Shown in pieces: positions 1 through 11,818 of a stretch of DNA of 64,000 bases. Under the pieces are notes generated by a model. The model was not told the DNA's origin. It saw only the letters and a program-made list of their open reading frames with translations, and ran no database searches. Each line of letters opens with the position of its first letter. Position 1 is the stretch's first letter. Origin of the DNA: Eledone cirrhosa (taxonomy: Eukaryota); assembly GCA_964016885.1 (NCBI GenBank), contig OZ024744.1, positions 64,418,001 through 64,482,000 on the forward strand, given 5' to 3'. The translations under genes and the position numbers were made by a program.

Positions 1-59
1 AATCAAGATTACCCAGAAAGTTGTGCCATATTTTTAAAGAGTTTCTAAATAATTTATGG

Positions 60-240
60 CATTTGGATAGAATGGATCTCTGTCGGTTTTGATGATGAGT
101 GGTTCCAGTTATTCAGTAAACAGAACAGCCTACTCATGAAATTAATGTGTAGGTGACTGAGCATTTCCGGTATATATACCCTTAACCTAGTTCTCAGGGA
201 GATTCAGTATGACAAAGCTAGCCCTTTGAATAACATGTAC
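60..240. mobile_element. Degenerate dispersed repeat (SINE-like) fragment
   Basis: AACAGCCTACTCATGAAATTAATGTG...CCTTAACCTAGTTCTCAGGGAGATTCAG resembles a common octopus interspersed repeat, recalled and not searched. Confidence 0.4.
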
Positions 241-546
241 AGTCTATCTGTTAGGCTTCCAAACAGTTAGTTGCAGTGAACGGTTTACAATAAAGCATTC
301 AGTAATTTCCATGCCATACCACTTACATAAGAATCAAATCATCAAGATCTAAAGTGGTCACTTGACCTGCTTGAAATAGCAGCCACATCCCTATCACTCT
401 TTCTCTATCTCTCTTAATCTATTTCATACCAAACCATATGGAAGTAGTCTTGGTTTTATAATACATAATTATGTTTGTTTGAAAGTGTTTATATTTATCT
501 AAAAAAACCCTCAGTCATATCCTACTTTAAAAAAAAAAGGTACATC

Positions 547-720
547 TTTTTCGCCTACTTATTACTGAGAAGGAGGTGGGGGAAGAGTTTTCAAACAGTC
601 CTTCCAGAGGGTCCTGTCAGAAGCAGCCGTCTCCAACTGATCTGGCTGGATCCCTAAGCGTGACCAGCCAAGCTCATGGATGATATCCAACCATCTTGCT
701 TGGGGTCTGCCCCTGGGTCT
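547..720 (-). mobile_element. RTE-clade (Expander/Rex3-like) LINE 3' fragment
   Basis: Encodes RPRGRPQARWLDIIHELGWSRLGI...DRTLWK. It is the same family as 21184-21590, with a near-TSD AAGGTACATC (537-546) / AAGGCACATC (721-730). Confidence 0.75.
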
Positions 721-829
721 AAGGCACATCACATTGGAAAATATGTTTCCAGATATGTTTGTCAAAAAGAAAAACAAAACAAAATAAGGTGATTACAACT
801 GGAATACCTTTCATAACAAGCCTTCTTAA

Positions 830-1045
830 CCCTTTGTCATTTACTCTATATTTACTATTGTATTTTCACTGTAAAGGCTTTACCTCACATAATTACTTCA
901 CACATTATCGAATCAATGAGATTTTGTTATTATATATTTTGAGAACAACACCTTAAAGTCTGTATGAGTAGCCAGTTATGGCCGGTTTGAACAGGAAGAG
1001 GTGAGAAAATTCTGGCCAGATATGGCCGATTTAAATGCTAAAGGA
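830..1045 (-). mobile_element. piggyBac-like MITE (about 220 bp family)
   Basis: TTAA|CCCTTT ... TAAATGCTAAAGGA|TTAA. Homologous to 19614-19834. Confidence 0.8.
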
Positions 1046-1387
1046 TTAAACAAAATAGACTTGGGACTAAACAACCACAACTGTCTTTGTTGTCAACTTA
1101 CTAATGAATGAGACTCAATGAAAGACTCCATGGGATTGGAAGACTGCATCTATAATGCCAGTGTATTCATTACTCTAATAATTAGTAATCAGGGTAAGTA
1201 TATGCAAAGGAAAACTAGAAAAGCATTGAGTTGATCAAGAAGAACTAGAACTGAATGAAATTGTTTACAATAATGTAGATAAAGGTATTAAGATATAACA
1301 CATATTCAATTTACCTCTTTAATAACAACCCACCTAAAACCGTCCTTGGTTTTATGATGCAAAGCTGCTCGTGTTAGTTAAGGCGTT

Positions 1388-1686
1388 TGTAAAGTGGTCA
1401 TGTAGGAGTCATGACAAAAAGCACCCAGCACACACTGTAAAGTGGTCATGTAGGAGTCACGACAAAAAGCACCCAGCACACACTGTAAAGTTGTTGTGTA
1501 GGTGTCACGACAAAAAGCACCCAGCCCACACTGTAAATGTGGTTGGTGTTAGGAAGGGCATCCAGCAGTAGGAACCAAGCCAGAAATAGTTCTATATGAG
1601 CAAGACGGTCATCTGACCCAACTTGCCTCTAATGGGACAACCCATCTAACCTATGCTAGTAGAGAAAATGGACATATGATGATGAT
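1388..1686 (+). mobile_element. SINE 3' portion with three internal 48-bp tandem units and (GAT)n tail
   Basis: TGTAAAG...AAAAAGCACCCAGCACACAC units start at 1388, 1436 and 1484. They are followed by GGTTGGTGTTAGGAAGGGCATCCAGC, shared with 18270 and 18700. Confidence 0.75.
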
Positions 1687-2240
1687 AAATATCTTTCATT
1701 ATAAATTTTATATTAAAACCTTTGTAAAGCTATTTATCCTCCTCCAAACAGCAATGTATAGAGAAGAACAGAGTAAAGCAATAAAAAGCGGACGTAAAAT
1801 GATGATGATAATGTGTCACATGAAAATAAAGATTTTTTTTTTCATTTCCTTTTATAGAAGAATAATTTAAAATATTATGTTGGATTGAAACCCAATCTAA
1901 TGAAAACTTAATACAGGATTTACTCAACTACAGAAAAGGAAAGGAAATGTAAACATTTTAATTTCCTATAAGGTAATTAAATAACTAATGATTCAATCCA
2001 AATTAAAGCAATTAAAAAAGAAAATAGCTGCCTATATAGGTTAAAGAGAAAAATGATCTGATAATTATAGAACCAAACTTAGAGTTACTTTCAGCTGATT
2101 AACATGCTGGGTGTAATTTTCATTTCAATAATAAGATTAATATTGACAATTTTTCTTCAAAGAACTATACAAATAAAACATTGACATTCTCATCCCATGC
2201 TAAATTAACTATATGTATTCTGCTGACTTTGGTAATTTCA

Positions 2241-2427
2241 ATAATAATTGTTTCTGCTTTTGGCAGAAGGCCAGCAATTACCCTAGTGCATAACTGGTAC
2301 TTTATTTTATCGACCCCGTAAGGATGAAAGGTAAAGTTAGCCTAGGTGGGATTTGAACTCAGACCGTAAAGGGGGCGTAACTCTATGCTGCAAAGCATGG
2401 CGTCCAACCCTGTACTGATACTGCCAA
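2241..2427 (-). mobile_element. tRNA-derived SINE family A
   Basis: The reverse strand has an A-box-like TGGCAGTATCAG, a B-box GAGTTCAAATC and the conserved core CTTTCATCCTTACGGGGTCGATAAAATAAAGTACCAG. Confidence 0.85.
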
Positions 2428-2464
2428 AATAATAACAGCAGCAGCAATGACGACAGCAGTAATG

Positions 2465-2870
2465 GTTGTTTCTAATTTTTGTTACAGGCCAGCAATTTGA
2501 AGAGAAGGGAAAAGTTGATTAAGTTGACTCCAGTACATGAGTGGTACTATATTTTATTGACCCTGGAAGGATGAAAAACAGTCAACCTTGCTCGGATTTA
2601 AACTTAGAATATAAAGAGCTAAGCTAAATACTGCAATGGCATTTGATCTGATGCTATACCAATTCTGAAATCCCATCACCCTTAATAATGGTTTCTAATT
2701 TAGGCACAAACTCAGTATTAAAAAAAAAAAAAGTGTGTGTGTGTGGGGGGGTCGATTAAATCAACCCAATATTTGATTTTGTTGAGCTTTGAACTCATAA
2801 TATAAAGAGCCAAAACAAATACTGTGAAGCATTTTATCTGATCTACCAATTCTACAAATTCACTGCTTTA
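2465..2870 (-). mobile_element. Two older related SINE copies (family B)
   Basis: Degenerate GGCCAGCAATTT...GGTACT...ATTGACCC..GGATGAAA...TTTGAACTCA motifs at about 2465-2680 and 2688-2870. Confidence 0.6.
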
Positions 2871-3381
2871 ATAATAATTTCTTTTTTCTTTTCTTTTTGG
2901 CCACAAAGGGCCCCAAAATTGGGGATAATGAAAGGATGAATTACAACACAATATGGGGTTTATGCTGAGTAAAAAATGTTAGAAATCAACAAAATAAAAT
3001 ATAACAAATTTCCAACAAAAAGATTCCCAGATAGGGAGGACGACCAATTTATATTGTGCTGCCTATCCGTCTGTCCCTCCTTCCATGATGCTCACTTTAC
3101 ATAGAGAGAGAGAGGGGGGGGGGGATATGTACATAGGTAGAAGAGAGAAAAGGGAACGCTGTGTTTTCAAGGTGACAGAAATAGGTAGATAGACAGAAAG
3201 TTATGACGTCACCCTCATCTATATATATATAGAGATTTTGAGTATATGTTGGTTGTATACCAACACCTCAGTATGCAGGCTGGAGCACTCGACGAAGTGC
3301 GCAGGTTGGTTTGGTTACTCCGGAGTAGTGTAAAATAAAGTTAAATAAAAGTCAAATGATTAAAATTTAGCTTCGTTTATT

Positions 3382-3436
3382 ACTGCTATATATATTTCAG
3401 TGACAGCCATCTTTGGCTGTGACCTCTTCAGGCAGT
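3382..3436 (-). ncRNA. Minimal type I hammerhead ribozyme in the inverted 5' pLTR
   Basis: Exact reverse complement of 6447-6501. Confidence 0.86.
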
Positions 3437-3576
3437 TTGAATTAGTATGGTATAGACAAGTACATATGTTATTTAGGTGTATATTATTGTCAATACTCTG
3501 ATATGCCCAGTTCCTTGTTGGGTTGTTAATTCACTGAGGAACTGGAGTCATATGAATTCAAACAAACGAATTTCAG

Positions 3577-5231
3577 CTGAAGCAGATAAAAGATGAAATC
3601 CCCTGCCTGGGCGGCGGATTATATCGTGACGATGCTCTATTCACAGTACATGACCACAGCACCAATATGTTGGAGGGTATGAGGAGGCGTATTCGCCATT
3701 TCTTTAAGAACCAGGGGCTCAGCATAGAAATAGACCCAAATAGGAAGGTAGTTAACTTCCTAGACACCACCCTAAACCTCAACACCGAGCAATACTACCC
3801 CTACCACAAGCCTAACGAGAAACTCGTATATGTTAACGCCAAATCAAACCACCCTAGATCCATAACCAAGGCAGTGGTGAAGAGTGTCTCGGACAGGATC
3901 TCCAGCCTGTCCACAAGTAAGGAAATATTCAACAACCACGCGGAATACTACAACGCAGCTCTAAAGAAGGCGGCACATGGACAAAATATAACATATAGTC
4001 CGAAAAGCTGGGAGGTGGATAGCCCAACAGACACCCACAACCGCGTTGCCAGAGGGGGGAGGGCGAACCCTAACAATACAGGCAGAGCAGAATCTAATAG
4101 GCACCATGTACCAGACACCACCACACGGGCGGTGGGGACTAGTGCGCTTGACCACGAGATGGAGCACAATATGAGTAGCAGTCTCAGGCGTGATGCTAAC
4201 TACCCCAGGACGGACGACCCCAACCGCAGGACACGTGGGGGGGAGGAAACGGGCGACCACCCCACGATGGATCTCCCGGGGCGGACAACAACCACCCCAC
4301 AAATCCGGGCCGCGAAGATAACAAAAAGTATAGAGCCCAAAAGGGAAGCAACAGTGCGGAAACCACCAGCAACCCAACAAATCTCCAACAAATCACGAAG
4401 CCCCTGGCCCACACATATAGGAGGAGACACCGACAAATCACGTGGTACAACCCACCCTACTCAGTGGCCCTAAAGAAAAGCTTGGCCCGATTATTCTTTG
4501 GAGCACTTGACAAATGCTTCCCGAGGGACCACAGATACCACAGGATCTTCAACAGACACACTGTGAAGCTTTCGTATTCCACCACGAGAAATTTGGCCCA
4601 ACACATTGCTAGCATCAACAGAAGTAGGCTTAAAAACCACACACAACCAGAAGATGGCAATACAAACACTCAGCAGAACCATGTGAAAGGAGGGAAGGGG
4701 GGACCCAGAGCCCACCCAAGAACCCCCCCACCGAGCATGGGGGAGGACCAACATGTAACACATAATGAGAACCCTAATCTAGGCAGGCAGAGGCCGACCA
4801 CCCTCTGCAACTGCAGAAACCCCGAATCATGCCCCCTTGGTAATGAATGTCTCAAGAAGAACCTAGTGTACGGTTGTAGGGTTAAAACCACCAACTCCGA
4901 ACACCTCTACATAGAAGCCACATCAACGAGCATTAAGGACCGCTGGTACAACCATCGCCATTCATTCAAGAAGGAGGCCAAAAGGAAAAGCACAGCTCTC
5001 TCCGACCTGATCTGGAAGCTTAAGCTGGACAGGACCCCATACTCTCTGGCCTGGTACATAATCAGGAAAGTACCACCCGATAAAGGAGGATCTTGCATAT
5101 GCAAACTATGCCTGAACGAGACCATTGAGATACTAAGAGGTGGAAGCGACCTGATAAACCTCAGAACCGACTTCTTCGGGACATGCAGACACCTTAGAGC
5201 CGGGACCTTTCTCAAAATATATGGACAGTAG
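3577..5231 (+). pseudogene. Truncated, frameshifted PLE reverse transcriptase / GIY-YIG endonuclease ORF
   Basis: The frame from 3577 reads LKQIKDEIPCLGGGLYRDDAL (YRDD at 3622-3633), then NFLDTTLNL and KPN..YVNAKSNHP. After a -1 frameshift (between 4200 and 4419) it reads ITWYNPPYS, IFNRHTVKLSYS, CNCRNPESCPL, LVY...YIE...R..NH, CKLC..E and CRH, with a stop at 5231. Confidence 0.9.
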
Positions 5232-6446
5232 CAACACAAGAAGATGTGAACTCCCCTCAAGCTATAGGGACTTCTACAGAACATGAAAACACCTCTCGGC
5301 CAGACCTCCCTCAAGCTATACGGGCAATAACAACACCCTAGGTTGTGAACTCCCCTCAAGCCACAGGGAACAACCCAGGCGGAGCAGACACCATGATAGC
5401 CTAGAGATAGAATCGGACACAGCCATAATAATTTGGCCAACATCTATAACACAAACACTTTTAATTTACCAGATTTCTGACTTTCAAGTTCCAATCTTAA
5501 ATCTTGATTTCTCTTTATTAATTTGTTATTTGTTTTCTGCCCTCTTCACTGTATCACCTTATATTTATTTTAAGTTGAGATAGATTATAACACAAACACA
5601 CTGAGTTTGAATATCTCATCTTAACATCTTGTCTCATACCAATCTATCCAACATATTCTGACCTTGAGATTGGTTATAGCACACACACACACACACTTTA
5701 TCCTACATTATTTCTCACTTCTCCATATGCATTTTCATTACTTTTTCACCAATCTCTCATTTATTCTTTATTCATCTATTTATTTATTTATTTATTTATT
5801 TTCAAATTACACACATTATATTAATTATTTTATTATATTATTTATTTATTTTCTGTTTTCTTCATTTATTGCCTTATATTTCTTCATATACATGGAAGAA
5901 CCCCCCCCCCCCACCACCACCACCACCACTACGATGGTGGCGGGAGGGATGAAGGAAAAAAACACAAACTGGATACTGCTAAATTGTTAGCAGCAGCAAG
6001 ATATAAGCTGACCACTACACCAACAACAGTACCAAAATAATGGTGGAGGTCAAATGTACTGAACAATAGCAGGCAAAAACACTACAGGGAGCCTCACCCC
6101 AGAAAGAATTCTATAGACTTCTGAGTGAGGAATGCTTTCAGAACTGACCAATGGGAAGTTTGACACTTTTTTTGTTATTTTGTTCCTTTAACACCTTGTC
6201 CCTTCTACCATTTTATCAATTTTTAAGCTAACTCCAACAATAACAACACTTAGAATGAGGAATGTTCTAATAACTGACCAATGAGAGGAGAAGGGGACCT
6301 TTGACACTGAAATTCGTTTGTTTGAATTCATATGACTCCAGTTCCTCAGTGAATTAACAACCCAACAAGGAACTAGGCATATCAGAGTATTGACAATAAT
6401 ATACACCTAAACAACATATGTACTTGTCTATACCATACTAATTCAA

Positions 6447-6501
6447 ACTGCCTGAAGAGGTCACAGCCAAAGATGGCTGTCACTGAAATATATATAGCAG
6501 T
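6447..6501 (+). ncRNA. Minimal type I hammerhead ribozyme in the 3' pLTR
   Basis: ACTGC (stem I) - CTGAAGA - GGTCACAGCC aaagat GGCTGTCACT (stem II) - GAAA - TATATA (palindromic stem III) - TA^ - GCAGT (stem I'). AATAAA follows immediately at 6502. Confidence 0.88.
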
Positions 6502-6654
6502 AATAAACAAAGCTAAATTTTAATCATTTGACTTTTATTTAACTTTATTTTATATTTATATATATATATATAGTAATAATAATAAATTTGAAGACTAAAA
6601 TCCAAAGAGGGCTCGATTCTTTGCTTAAACTTTAATCTGTTATTTTAATAAATA

Positions 6655-6661
6655 GAGAGAA

Positions 6662-6743
<82 letters not shown>

Positions 6744-6759
6744 TGTGTGTGTGTGTGTG
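6655..6759. repeat. (GA)n-(GT)n compound microsatellite
   Basis: Seen directly. Confidence 0.97.
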
Positions 6760-6783
6760 ACATCACTCTCATCTAGTAATAAT

Positions 6784-6983
6784 TGTTTCTACTTTTTGCA
6801 CAAGGCCAGCAATTATCCCAGTATATTACTAGTGCTTTATTTTATCGACCCGGTAAGGATGAAAGGCAAAGTTAACCTTGGCAGGATTTGAACTCAGACC
6901 ATAAAGGGCTGTAATGCTTTGCTGCAAAGCATGTTGTCAGACGCTCTACTGATACTGCCAATCCACCACCGTTAAATAACAAT
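6784..6983 (-). mobile_element. tRNA-derived SINE family A, full length with 19-bp TSD
   Basis: ACTCTCATCTAGTAATAAT at 6765-6783 and 6984-7002. A and B boxes are on the minus strand. Confidence 0.9.
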
Positions 6984-7244
6984 ACTCTCATCTAGTAATA
7001 ATAATATACATCTTGCTTATTTACAAGGATCTCTATGCAATAGCTCAACCTGCTGAAACTAACAACCAGATTTCCTTCAAATTACATCATATTATCTTAA
7101 AATGTCACATTGGATAATGTGTTCTTTTATATATACTATTTCAGACACCAAAGCTATGGCTGGAAAATTTTTTGATTAAAAGTTTACTTTGGCTGACTTT
7201 GGGCTAAGTAACGATTTAAAGTATAAAGAACATCATACAATATT

Positions 7245-8070
7245 ACTTTCACTTTAAGAGAGAAACCCTTTCAAATACAGTAGTGGTAGTAACTCCCTGA
7301 ACTTTTTCTAACTGGATCTCACTTTGGCTACTGAACTTTCAGAACACCTACTGCTAATTTGGTCATCTAGGTAACAGAAGCTGTTAAATACTTTTAGGAA
7401 GCCACCTGAACATTTAATAAAGCTTTTTTTATGTTAGCTTTTGCTGCTTACTATTCCTGTGCATCTGCCACAAACAAAGCCTATGATTTTTGTTTAGCCT
7501 GCCCAAGATCCTGTTATATTATTGTGTATCCATAGCTTACATTTTGTACATAGAATGGAATTTGTACCTATTCCTTTCCTGCATACCATTTCCCAGATGG
7601 AAAGAAGACCCTGTTTTCTTTTCTATTTACAAAGACTTTAGTCTTTCTCAAACTGACATTCGATTCCAGAATTTGCTTCCTGTCTGGAATTTCTTTTCTA
7701 ATTCTGTTGCTGATTTAGCTATGGGAACTACCACATATATTTGAATATAAGCCGAGGAATATATGACAAAAAAGAAAAGAAAAGAAAAAACACAATGGTA
7801 AAATGGGGTGGGCGGGCTTATATATGCCATCTCAAAATGTGTTGATTAGCTGCCTCAGCTTATAAATGGGATTTGGATTTTTGCCCATTTCTCAGACATA
7901 AAATAGAGGGTTGGCTTATATTCAAGTATGTATGGTAGATCCTCAGTATATAGAATTTCTCATTGTTAATTCTAACTTTGCTAGTAGCACCTCTGTACAT
8001 GGCTTGTGACACCCATAAAAGTCATTCTTCTATGCCTAGTTTCCTATGAGCCCACCATCATATAGCATTC
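7245..8070 (-). mobile_element. Decayed RTE-clade LINE fragment (Cys/His-finger family), interrupted by a MITE
   Basis: The minus strand gives ELEKKF, CRKGIGTNSILCTKCKLWIH and YLDDQISS.CSESS...KKFRELLPLL..KGF, homologous to ORF 17258-18037. It has many stops and frameshifts. Confidence 0.8.
7731..7935. mobile_element. Tc1/mariner (Tc2/pogo-like) MITE
   Basis: TA|CCACATATATTTGAATATAAGCC ... GGCTTATATTCAAGTATGTATGG|TA, i.e. imperfect TIRs with a TA TSD. Confidence 0.8.
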
Positions 8071-8742
8071 ATTTAATTCAATTACAATGATTTTCTTATA
8101 TATATTCTTTAAACATTATGAAACATATATCCACTCAATTACGAAGACGTTCTACCAGACTGCTATTGGGGTGCATGCTTCGTTGTTGTTATTGTTTTTG
8201 TCCAAAGATAGATACATTGGTAAATATATATATATATTCTTGGGATAGTAGAGTATGGCTATACTAAAAAGAGTCGGGGTCAGACAGTTGAGCACAGCCG
8301 TCAGCCCCAGACCCTTTCTAATATACATAATCAGTTCACAAGAGTGGCATTACGCAGATACTCAAGTTTCTTAGGGTTTAACACTAACTCATTCAGTCTG
8401 CCATATTGTAAAGGGAGATTCTTGATCGTGTAGGAGAGTTCTGAAGCTGCGTATGTAAGTGTATACACACACACACTCGCATCAGTCAAAAGAGACACTA
8501 TCGGCGAAACTTAAAAGTCACTCCTTCCATTTCCTTCATATTCTGTTCACATGCATTCAGTGCTGAATAAGTTAATGTTTGACCATCGTATGTGTTTCTA
8601 AAACATTCCCTTCCACGAGTGTGTGTAATAAACTAAGTTTTTGATAGAATCAATATTAAACAAAGCGTTATTTCGTTTTAAATTGGCTGCATTTTCCCTT
8701 TCATTTTAATAAATTACACGAATTTTCTTTAACCATTATTTT

Positions 8743-8832
8743 TACCTTTCATCCTTACGGGGTCGATAAAATAAAGTACCAGTAATGCACTGGATTATTG
8801 CTGGCCTTGTGCCTAAAGTAGAAACAATTATT
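8743..8832 (+). mobile_element. SINE family A 3' half
   Basis: CTTTCATCCTTACGGGGTCGATAAAATAAAGTACCAG...GTAGAAACAATTATT. Confidence 0.8.
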
Positions 8833-9154
8833 AAACAATAATATCATTTTAAACATTTTCTTTTACTAATAAATCAATCTGAATTTAAACAAATTTCCCC
8901 CCAGATACGTGGAAAGTAATTAAAGGTGTCCCAACATGTTGCGATTTTTTTTTCTTTAATGATAACTTATTCGGAATTAACATACATACAGGTCAATTAG
9001 GCACCACTGATTTTTCATTTTATTATGTATAGAGATTGCTGCTTAGTTAAAGTGAAAGAACGTCTTAAATTAAACATTACACGCTGAAAGACAAAAATCT
9101 GAGACCACAGACCAGAGGGAAAAAAAGAAGAAAAAATTAAATTCAGCGGGAATT

Positions 9155-9505
9155 GAACCTTCTTCAAATACCATTTCAGAAGAGGGGTGAGAGTTGAGAG
9201 AGAGGTGCTGCACTCCAGTAAATCGCTGAAAGGTCGGTGAGTGTGGCGAAAATGGCTCGAGTGACTGGGCCTACTCTGTTCATAAACAGATTGAGGACAA
9301 GCGAGAGAAGACAGGAGCTGTTGCAAAACATGTTCCTGCTGTTGAGGGTTGTTCTATCTACGGAGTGTAAAACAACCCTTATTAGGAATTTCGATTTTTT
9401 ATTATTTATTTCATAATTGTTAAAACTGTTTAACTGTAAAAACCCGGCCGTAGGTCCTGTAATGTCCCATTTCTTGTGCGCCCTTGTGGCAAATAAAGAA
9501 ATCTT
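9155..9505 (+). mobile_element. L1/Tx1-like LINE 3' end fragment
   Basis: Reads FFKYHFRRGVRVEREVL...VSVAKMARVTGPTL (frameshifted) and ends CCCTTGTGGCAAATAAAGAAA. A similar tail is on the minus strand at about 2884-2915. The clade call is from recalled similarity. Confidence 0.5.
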
Positions 9506-11438
9506 ATCTTTTAGCGGAGTGAACATTGTTATTAACAATTCATTGTATAGAGAAAGAAGAAGAGAGTAGTAGTAGTAGGAGGAGGAGGAGGACCGGTGTG
9601 CGGGGGAGGCAACTGAAAGAAAGAAAAAAAAAGTTGGATATACTTTTTCTAAGTATATCTGACATAAGAAGCCCCCCTCGACAGTGATTTAATAAGCAAT
9701 AAGAACACTGGCAGCAGATAAACAACACTATTGTCCTTTACAGAGCTGAATGTAATGAAGAAAATGCAAGCAGTCTTCGTCTTTGCACACACACACGCAC
9801 TGATATATTTATATGAAGAAGGTAGCCGCTAACATACATTCACAACAAGGATAGTTTGTAATGCAGGTGTAAATGATGATGATGATGATGATGAATAATG
9901 ATAATAATAATAATACATAACATCAGCATTTACAGAAAGTATTTGTACTTTTAGTAGAATATTGCATGGCTACATATTGAATACTGATAAATATAGGAAG
10001 GGAAAGAAGAAAAAAAAAAAAGAAATCAAGGCATTTATAGCGATCATTGAAATAGGATGACAAAATATGTTTAACAGAGTTGTCTTCTGTCCTAACAAAC
10101 CTGTTATACAGCATTAACTGTCCACATATCGGGTAAATATATATATCAGTATATATATAGAAAAATACACAGATATATGTATATATAAATTTAGCTTTTC
10201 ATTTGTTCTGTATATTCATCAACTCAGTCAATTCAGCCAACCAGTCTTTTTTTTTCTTTTAATCTGTGTACACACACATAATATATATATACACACATAC
10301 ACACATAATCTGTCAATTTATCTTTTATTTTTCTACATGTATATTTATGTATGTAGCTAGTTGTCCATCTAAGTTTGTCTATCTGTCTTTCTAACCAATA
10401 AATTTGTTTGTCCATCTATCGGTCTACTTATATACACTTAGCTAGTTAGCTAAATGTATATAATAATTCTTGTGAACCTACTTAGCTATGAGTCAATCTA
10501 GTCTAGCCATCCATCCATCCATCTGCACGACTGGCTGTTAGTTTCGCTATAAATATGTCTGACTATAATATATCTACCTATTTTACATACCAATTTACCT
10601 GTTTCTTTGCTAGTCTGTTAATCTGTTTACATATTTAAGCCTTGCCTTGTCTATCTATGTATGTATCTAACCAAATAGACGAATATATCTATCTAGTCAG
10701 ACATTCACCTAAAACATTAAAATATAATATACATATTAATAGTATTTTTGCTACCCTGTATACTATAAGAAAACGAGGAAGTGGAGAGCATTTCAATAGT
10801 CAATTCGGAAGTTCTTTAGAGATTCACCATAAAAGAAACAGCTGGAGCGAAGTTGACCTCTGTCAACTTTGCCTTCCATTCTTACGCGATGGGGTGGATA
10901 GGGGATTGGCAAAATTGTTAGTGTTTATTTGTTCTGCTTCTTTGAGTTATAGTCCAAATCCCACTTTCTGTCACTGGAAAAATGGTGATATGATAGGACC
11001 CCTATCATTAAAAAAAAAGAAGAAAGAGAGTATGTAGTTGGTCCCTGTAAAATAGACTCTTGGGCTGTTTAGCCGGTAAGTGTCAGACATATTTTCGAAA
11101 TTAAGAATTTTAGCAGAAAGTTACGACTAGGGTAAAAGATAATCACTTCCTGGGTTCTAAAACACTATTATTTAGTGGTAAAATAAGTTTCCGGGACCTT
11201 GGCTATAGTTGCGTTCCTTTAGGGTTTACCGGCAAAATAAGCTTAAAAAGCATGTTTGTCTATTTTGCCAGGACCAGCCGGCTACGTAGCTTATTTCTTT
11301 AAAAAAAAAAAAAAGAACCTTCTGAGATTCAACTTCAGAAGAAGCTGGTTCAATCTGCATAGTATGAGCCGTAACTCGGGCCGTCAGCGCGTAGGGCCCA
11401 TTTGCTTATAATAGTGAGAAGCAATGGTTAGTCTAAGG

Positions 11439-11818
11439 CAGTGCGTCCCAAACTGTTATAGTTGTCATTATCGGTAGAGCGTCAAACACCATACTTTGCA
11501 GCATAGTTATAGCCCTTTACGTTCTGAGTTCAAATCCAGCCGATGTTAACTTTGCCTTTCATCCTTTACGGGGTCGATAACTTAAATAACTTATAATATG
11601 ATTAAAGAACACAAATTTAATGAAAGGTACGAGTTTGTTTTTGACGAGTAATCTCCTTTATATTAGGCCTAAATTGAGATAAACAAACTCACATCTCCTC
11701 TAATAATATTTGAAATTTTGAAATCATATTTTTATTTTTGGCACATGAATTTTTTGAAACCGTTTCTAAATTTTTTATTGTCTTTCTATCATTCCGCCGC
11801 ACCGTTTGGGAACCACTG
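11439..11818. mobile_element. hAT (Charlie-like) non-autonomous element with nested SINE fragment (about 11468-11580)
   Basis: TIRs CAGTGCGTCCCAAAC / GTTTGGGAACCACTG and a perfect 8-bp TSD GTCTAAGG (11431-11438, 11819-11826). Confidence 0.88.

Larger units (their letters stand above)
3331..6552 (+). mobile_element. Penelope-like retroelement (EN+, probably Hydra-type), 5'-truncated with inverted 5' pseudo-LTR
   Basis: 3331-3576 is the reverse complement of 6307-6552 (246 bp, 3 mismatches seen). The internal ORF has RT and GIY-YIG motifs. (TA)n lies at or near both ends (3220-3230; 6551-6572). Confidence 0.92.

Noticed and set aside
1371-1571. Small protein with 16-aa repeats (VKWSCRSHDKKHPAHT)
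   Set aside because: This is a translation of a 48-bp tandem unit inside a SINE.
3573-5443. Multiple minus-strand ORFs
   Set aside because: Antisense shadows of the PLE ORF.
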